From a virus: 64,000 nucleotides of DNA. The notes under the pieces are model-generated. The model did not search any database. It had not been told where the DNA came from and worked only from the letters and a program-made list of their open reading frames with translations. Numbering within the stretch: position 1 is the stretch's first letter; each line of letters starts with the position of its first letter. Both the position numbers and the translations under genes were made by a program. The stretch spans positions 32,001-96,000 of IMG/VR virus record IMGVR_UViG_3300009103_000007. One strand, written 5' to 3'. This document shows positions 60,143 through 64,000 of this stretch, piece after piece.

Positions 60143-60170
60143 CTATTTAAATATACGGATACTATTTATA
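60141..60170 (+). promoter_or_regulatory. Tandem putative late-promoter motifs AACTATTTAA and TACTATTTATA
   Basis: Two copies (60141-60150, 60160-60170) upstream of the GAGGA RBS and ATG 60185 heading the terminase-portal operon. Confidence 0.6.
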
Positions 60171-60184
60171 TAAGAGGATATAAT

Positions 60185-60724
60185 ATGGCTACAACATTAG
60201 AGATAATTAACGGAATTTCCCAAGTGCTTGCAAATACATACGATGGTGCACTGGACAAGGACGGAAAGCCGATCGAAATCGGCCTTCGTCGAGAAGAGGG
60301 TGATCCTCTTTTGGATGAACGCGTCATGGATGGCTTCGGGGCCTACATTAGTGGCGACCGCCTCCACATCAAATACCACTGCGAACCAATGCTTAAGGAG
60401 GTCCACAACCCATCTTACGAGTCAGAAATAGACTCAATGGTAGAAAAAGTAAAATCCTTTATACAAAAGGAGTTCAAGAAGGTTACGGGGGATAGTTTAT
60501 CACTTTCCCAGCCTTCAGAAGTGGACGTTCTAGTAGAATACATATCGAGAATCAGAGTTTCCGTGAAAGCTCACAAGTGCTGGAAAATTGGCTCCATAGG
60601 GGCAGATCCTGTCTTCGATGATAAAAAGAGAAAATTAGATTCAGCCACTCGCAACTGGATTGAGCTCGGTGGTTTAGAAAAGGGCGGCAAAAAGCCGAAA
60701 AATGTTACAGCTAAGAAATCATGA
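60185..60724 (+). CDS. Hypothetical protein (179 aa) upstream of terminase
   Basis: Clean ORF with RBS, ATGA overlap with the terminase gene; no motif recognised. Confidence 0.65.
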   Translation: MATTLEIINGISQVLANTYDGALDKDGKPIEIGLRREEGDPLLDERVMDGFGAYISGDRLHIKYHCEPMLKEVHNPSYESEIDSMVEKVKSFIQKEFKKVTGDSLSLSQPSEVDVLVEYISRIRVSVKAHKCWKIGSIGADPVFDDKKRKLDSATRNWIELGGLEKGGKKPKNVTAKKS

Positions 60725-62307
60725 CCGTCTCTCTGGATAAGCGAGAAATAATGAAAGAGATAGTCAGGTGTGGAAAGAAGCCTGACTATTTTATAAACAC
60801 TTATGCTAAGATCACTCACCCTCAGCGAGGACTGATCCCATTTCATATATATGACTTTCAGAGAGATCTGTTACACGATTTTGAAGATCATCGTTTCAAT
60901 GTGATTCTTAAGGCGCGCCAGCTCGGAATCTCAACTATAACTGCAGCCTATATTGCGTGGATGATGGTATTTCACAGAGAAAAGAATGTACTAGTTATAG
61001 CTACCAAATTTCAGACTGCAGCAAATTTGGTGAAAAAGGTTAAGGCTATTATTAGGAGCTTGCCCGCGTGGCTTAAAATTTCGGATGTTACGATAGACAA
61101 CAGGGCGTCTTTTGAGTTATCCAATGGCTCTCAGATAAAAGCCTCCTCAACATCATCTGATGCTGGCCGCTCTGAGGCTCTTTCTTTATTGGTCATAGAC
61201 GAGGCTGCACATGTCGAAGGTCTAGACGAATTATGGATGGGTCTTTACCCAACACTCTCCACAGGCGGCCGCTGCATAGCCTTGTCGACCCCCAATGGCG
61301 TTGGGAACTGGTTTCATAAAACATATGTCGAGTCCGAATCGGGCACAAACGATTTTAATGATGTGAAGTTGAAGTGGGACGTACATCCTGACCGCGATAG
61401 CGCATGGTTCCAACGCGAGACCAAGAATATGTCCAGAAGAGAAATAGCCCAAGAGCTGGAATGTAACTTTAACATGTCAGGGGAGACCGTTTTCGATGGT
61501 ATGGATATTGAACGCATCTCGGCCAACGTTAGGGAGCCGAAATACAGGACAGGTTTTGACAGAAACTTTTGGATATGGGAAGAATATCAGCCGAACTCAA
61601 CATATATGATTTCTGCCGACGTAGCCCGCGGCGACGGAAAAGATTATTCTGTTTTTCACATTTTTAAGTTAGAAACCATGGAGCTGGTGGGCGAGTATCA
61701 GGGGAAAGTTACGCCGGATGTTTTTTCGCGAGTGCTACATGATGCAGGAAACGAATATGGAAAGTGTTTGATGGTGGTGGAAAACAATTCAGTCGGCTTC
61801 TCTGTTTTAGAAAAATTAAAAGACTTGAGTTATTCAAACATATATCATTCAATTAAATCAACTCACGAGTATGTTGAGGAACACTTAGCGGAAAGGATGT
61901 CAAACGCTGTTGCTGGCTTCACAAACTCTTTAAAGACTCGTCCACTAATAATAGCAAAGATGGAAGAATTCGTAAGAAACAGTCTAATTACAATATATTC
62001 TCCAAGGTTGTTGAATGAGATGAAAACTTTTATTTGGAACAATGGCCGTCCCGAGGCAATGAGGTCTTACAATGACGACCTCGTCATGTCGTGTGCGATC
62101 GGCTGCTGGGTAAGGGACACGGCACTTGAGGGAAATGCTAGAGATTTGGAATACAAGAAGGCTTTTATAAATTCAACTATTTCAACTTCAACAGAATTAG
62201 ACACTAGAATTCCAGGAATGTTGGGAAGAAGTAATTTAAAATTGAAAGAAGATATGGTAAAACAAATAGAGGCACAAAAAAGCTTTCCGTGGTTATTTAA
62301 AGGTTAA
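60721..62307 (+). CDS. terL: Terminase large subunit (T4 gp17-like)
   Basis: LKARQLGIST Walker A, LLVIDEAA Walker B, ALSTPNG coupling motif, ISADVARGDGKDYS and NDDLVMS nuclease motifs. Confidence 0.96.
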   Translation: MTVSLDKREIMKEIVRCGKKPDYFINTYAKITHPQRGLIPFHIYDFQRDLLHDFEDHRFNVILKARQLGISTITAAYIAWMMVFHREKNVLVIATKFQTAANLVKKVKAIIRSLPAWLKISDVTIDNRASFELSNGSQIKASSTSSDAGRSEALSLLVIDEAAHVEGLDELWMGLYPTLSTGGRCIALSTPNGVGNWFHKTYVESESGTNDFNDVKLKWDVHPDRDSAWFQRETKNMSRREIAQELECNFNMSGETVFDGMDIERISANVREPKYRTGFDRNFWIWEEYQPNSTYMISADVARGDGKDYSVFHIFKLETMELVGEYQGKVTPDVFSRVLHDAGNEYGKCLMVVENNSVGFSVLEKLKDLSYSNIYHSIKSTHEYVEEHLAERMSNAVAGFTNSLKTRPLIIAKMEEFVRNSLITIYSPRLLNEMKTFIWNNGRPEAMRSYNDDLVMSCAIGCWVRDTALEGNARDLEYKKAFINSTISTSTELDTRIPGMLGRSNLKLKEDMVKQIEAQKSFPWLFKG

Positions 62308-62310
62308 TAA

Positions 62311-63999
62311 ATGGAAAAAAACAAGAAAAACACTAGAAACCCACAAAGTCTCCTTTTCCGGAGACTGACTAGGTTACTGTCCGGACCGCTTGTCAACTAC
62401 AGAACTCAAACGGCTCATCGCTTGAGAAGAATAGACATGGACAAGTATTCTAAGAAGTTCACATCCGCTACAGGGAGGGATTTCAAGAAAACTGCATACA
62501 ACCCATACGACAATTTGCAAGCAAACGTTATGGCAACTCAGCAACGAACTGAGAGATATGTAGATTTTGATCAAATGGAGTATACTCCAGAAATCGCTTC
62601 AGCGATAGACATATACGCTGATGAAATGACAACTCACAGCAAGCTTCAGAAGCTTTTGGATATAGACTGCCATAATGAAGAAATAAAATCGATACTCGAA
62701 TCACTTTATTACAATGTTATGAATGTTGAGTATAACTTGTTTACTTGGTGTCGCACAATGTGCAAATATGGAGACTTTTTCCTGTACTTGGACATTGATC
62801 AAGATACGGGTATACAGAGTGTGATAGGTCTCCCGTCGTATGAGGTGGAAAGGCTGGAGGGGGAAGACAAGACAAATCCCAATTATATACAATTTCAATG
62901 GAATTCGGCCGGATTGACATTTGAGAATTGGCAATGCGCACATTTCCGTATACTGGGGAACGATAAGTACAATCCATATGGCACTTCTATTTTAGAGCCG
63001 GCCAGAAGAATTTGGCGCCAATTAACATTGCTAGAAGATGCGATGATGGCATATCGTATTGTTAGGTCACCGGAGCGTAGGGTGTTTTATATTGATGTTG
63101 GGAGTATACCTCCGACAGATGTGGAGCAATATATGCAAAAGGTGATGACGCAAATGAAAAGACATCAAGTGGTGGATCCTAGCACCGGACGCGTCGATCT
63201 TAGATATAATCCTCTCTCAATTGATGAGGATTACTTTATACCCGTCCGTGGTCAAAGCGCTACAAAAATAGATACAGTTCCGGGCGGTACATATACTGGT
63301 GATATCGATGACGTAAAATATTTAAGAGATAAATTGTTTTCAGCGCTGAAAATTCCTCCGTCTTATCTTTCTAGGTCTGACGAGGGAGGCGAGGAAGATA
63401 AAAGTACATTAGCCCAGAAAGACATAAGATTCGCTAGAACTATTCAGCGCCTCCAACGTTCGGTAATCACTGAATTGGAGAAGGTTGGCATTATACACTT
63501 GTATACTCTCGGTTATCGAGATGAGGATTTGGTTAGTTTTAAAATTTCTCTCAACAACCCATCTAAAATAGCAGAATTGCAGGAACTAGAGCATTGGAAA
63601 ACAAAATTTGATATTGCATCTTCGGCCACTGAGGGATTTTTCTCCAAGAGATGGATTGCCAAGCGCATGTTTGGATTGACAGATGAAGAATTTATTAGAA
63701 GCAGAAGAGAATTATTTAGTGACCGCAAATTTGAAGCAGAGCTGGAAATAGTGGCCGAACAAGTGCAGGCAGCCATGAGCCCGGGCACCCAAGGTGGTGA
63801 CATGGGCGGCATGGGCCTTGAGAATGAGCCGGGTGGCATGGGTACTGTTGGTATGGAGCCGGAATTAGGCGTTCCTGATGAAGGCGCCGGCCCTGCCCCC
63901 GAGGCACCTACTGCAGGGGCCCCCGCCGAAGATGCTGGAGAATTATTAGCAGCACCGCCAGGAAAAAGAGACGATGATGCTGGTTCCCGCTGGACATAT
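62311..63999 (+). CDS. Portal protein (T4 gp20-like), 3'-truncated by window edge; missing from the ORF track
   Basis: Translated by hand from ATG 62311: RYVDFDQMEYTPEIASAIDIYADEMT, CKYGDFFLYLD, EDAMMAYRIVRSPERRVFYIDVG, EDYFIPVRG, DIDDVKYLRDKLFSALKIP, LAQKDIRFARTIQRLQ. No stop seen before 64000. Confidence 0.95.
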   Translation, partial: MEKNKKNTRNPQSLLFRRLTRLLSGPLVNYRTQTAHRLRRIDMDKYSKKFTSATGRDFKKTAYNPYDNLQANVMATQQRTERYVDFDQMEYTPEIASAIDIYADEMTTHSKLQKLLDIDCHNEEIKSILESLYYNVMNVEYNLFTWCRTMCKYGDFFLYLDIDQDTGIQSVIGLPSYEVERLEGEDKTNPNYIQFQWNSAGLTFENWQCAHFRILGNDKYNPYGTSILEPARRIWRQLTLLEDAMMAYRIVRSPERRVFYIDVGSIPPTDVEQYMQKVMTQMKRHQVVDPSTGRVDLRYNPLSIDEDYFIPVRGQSATKIDTVPGGTYTGDIDDVKYLRDKLFSALKIPPSYLSRSDEGGEEDKSTLAQKDIRFARTIQRLQRSVITELEKVGIIHLYTLGYRDEDLVSFKISLNNPSKIAELQELEHWKTKFDIASSATEGFFSKRWIAKRMFGLTDEEFIRSRRELFSDRKFEAELEIVAEQVQAAMSPGTQGGDMGGMGLENEPGGMGTVGMEPELGVPDEGAGPAPEAPTAGAPAEDAGELLAAPPGKRDDDAGSRWTY

Positions 64000-64000
64000 C

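Noticed and set aside
191-63907. The many minus-strand and short alternate-frame ORFs in the track (e.g. 12644-13153, 46167-46739, 48300-48857)
   Set aside because: All lie fully within well-supported plus-strand genes, lack RBS or recognisable motifs, and are expected antisense shadows.
1-64000. Alternative genetic code (stop-codon reassignment, common in some large phages)
   Set aside because: Code 11 gives near-complete coding density with 12.9-kb ORFs, and TAA, TAG (e.g. 3179, 10065, 58557) and TGA all end genes at sensible positions.
1-64000. CRISPR array, tRNA or rRNA genes
   Set aside because: No regularly spaced repeats or tRNA arm patterns seen; intergenic gaps are all under ~90 nt once the small ORFs are included.

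Overview
All 64 kb appear viral: a tightly packed, entirely plus-strand segment of a large T4-like (jumbo) myophage genome, roughly 40% GC by eye, standard genetic code. From left to right: (1) a nonulosonic (sialic-like) acid cluster truncated at the left edge, with two NeuB-family synthases, a PseH-like acetyltransferase, a cupin, a NeuA-like cytidylyltransferase, two Maf/DUF115/CstII-like putative transferases, a SAM methyltransferase and a small HAD phosphatase; (2) small genes and a phage sigma factor; (3) a ~45 kb baseplate/tail block with an HxH-tipped spike, a 4299-aa protein, gp25- and gp6-like wedge proteins, a 4277-aa multi-LamG protein and two paralogue pairs; (4) a J-domain protein, RuvC-like resolvase, primase and a single-chain Mre11-Rad50 (SbcD-SbcC) fusion, the last two behind sigma70-type promoters; (5) a holin/spanin-like membrane cluster; (6) large terminase and a portal gene running off the right edge (absent from the ORF track). 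Strongest lead: a phage-encoded nonulosonate glycosylation system whose acceptors may be a subset of virion proteins strongly enriched in an [S/T]-[G/A/S]-S motif. Also notable: a recurrent ACTATTTA putative late-promoter motif and an excess of all-GC 8-bp palindromes. All functional calls are from motif recognition by eye; no database searches were run and counts are hand counts.
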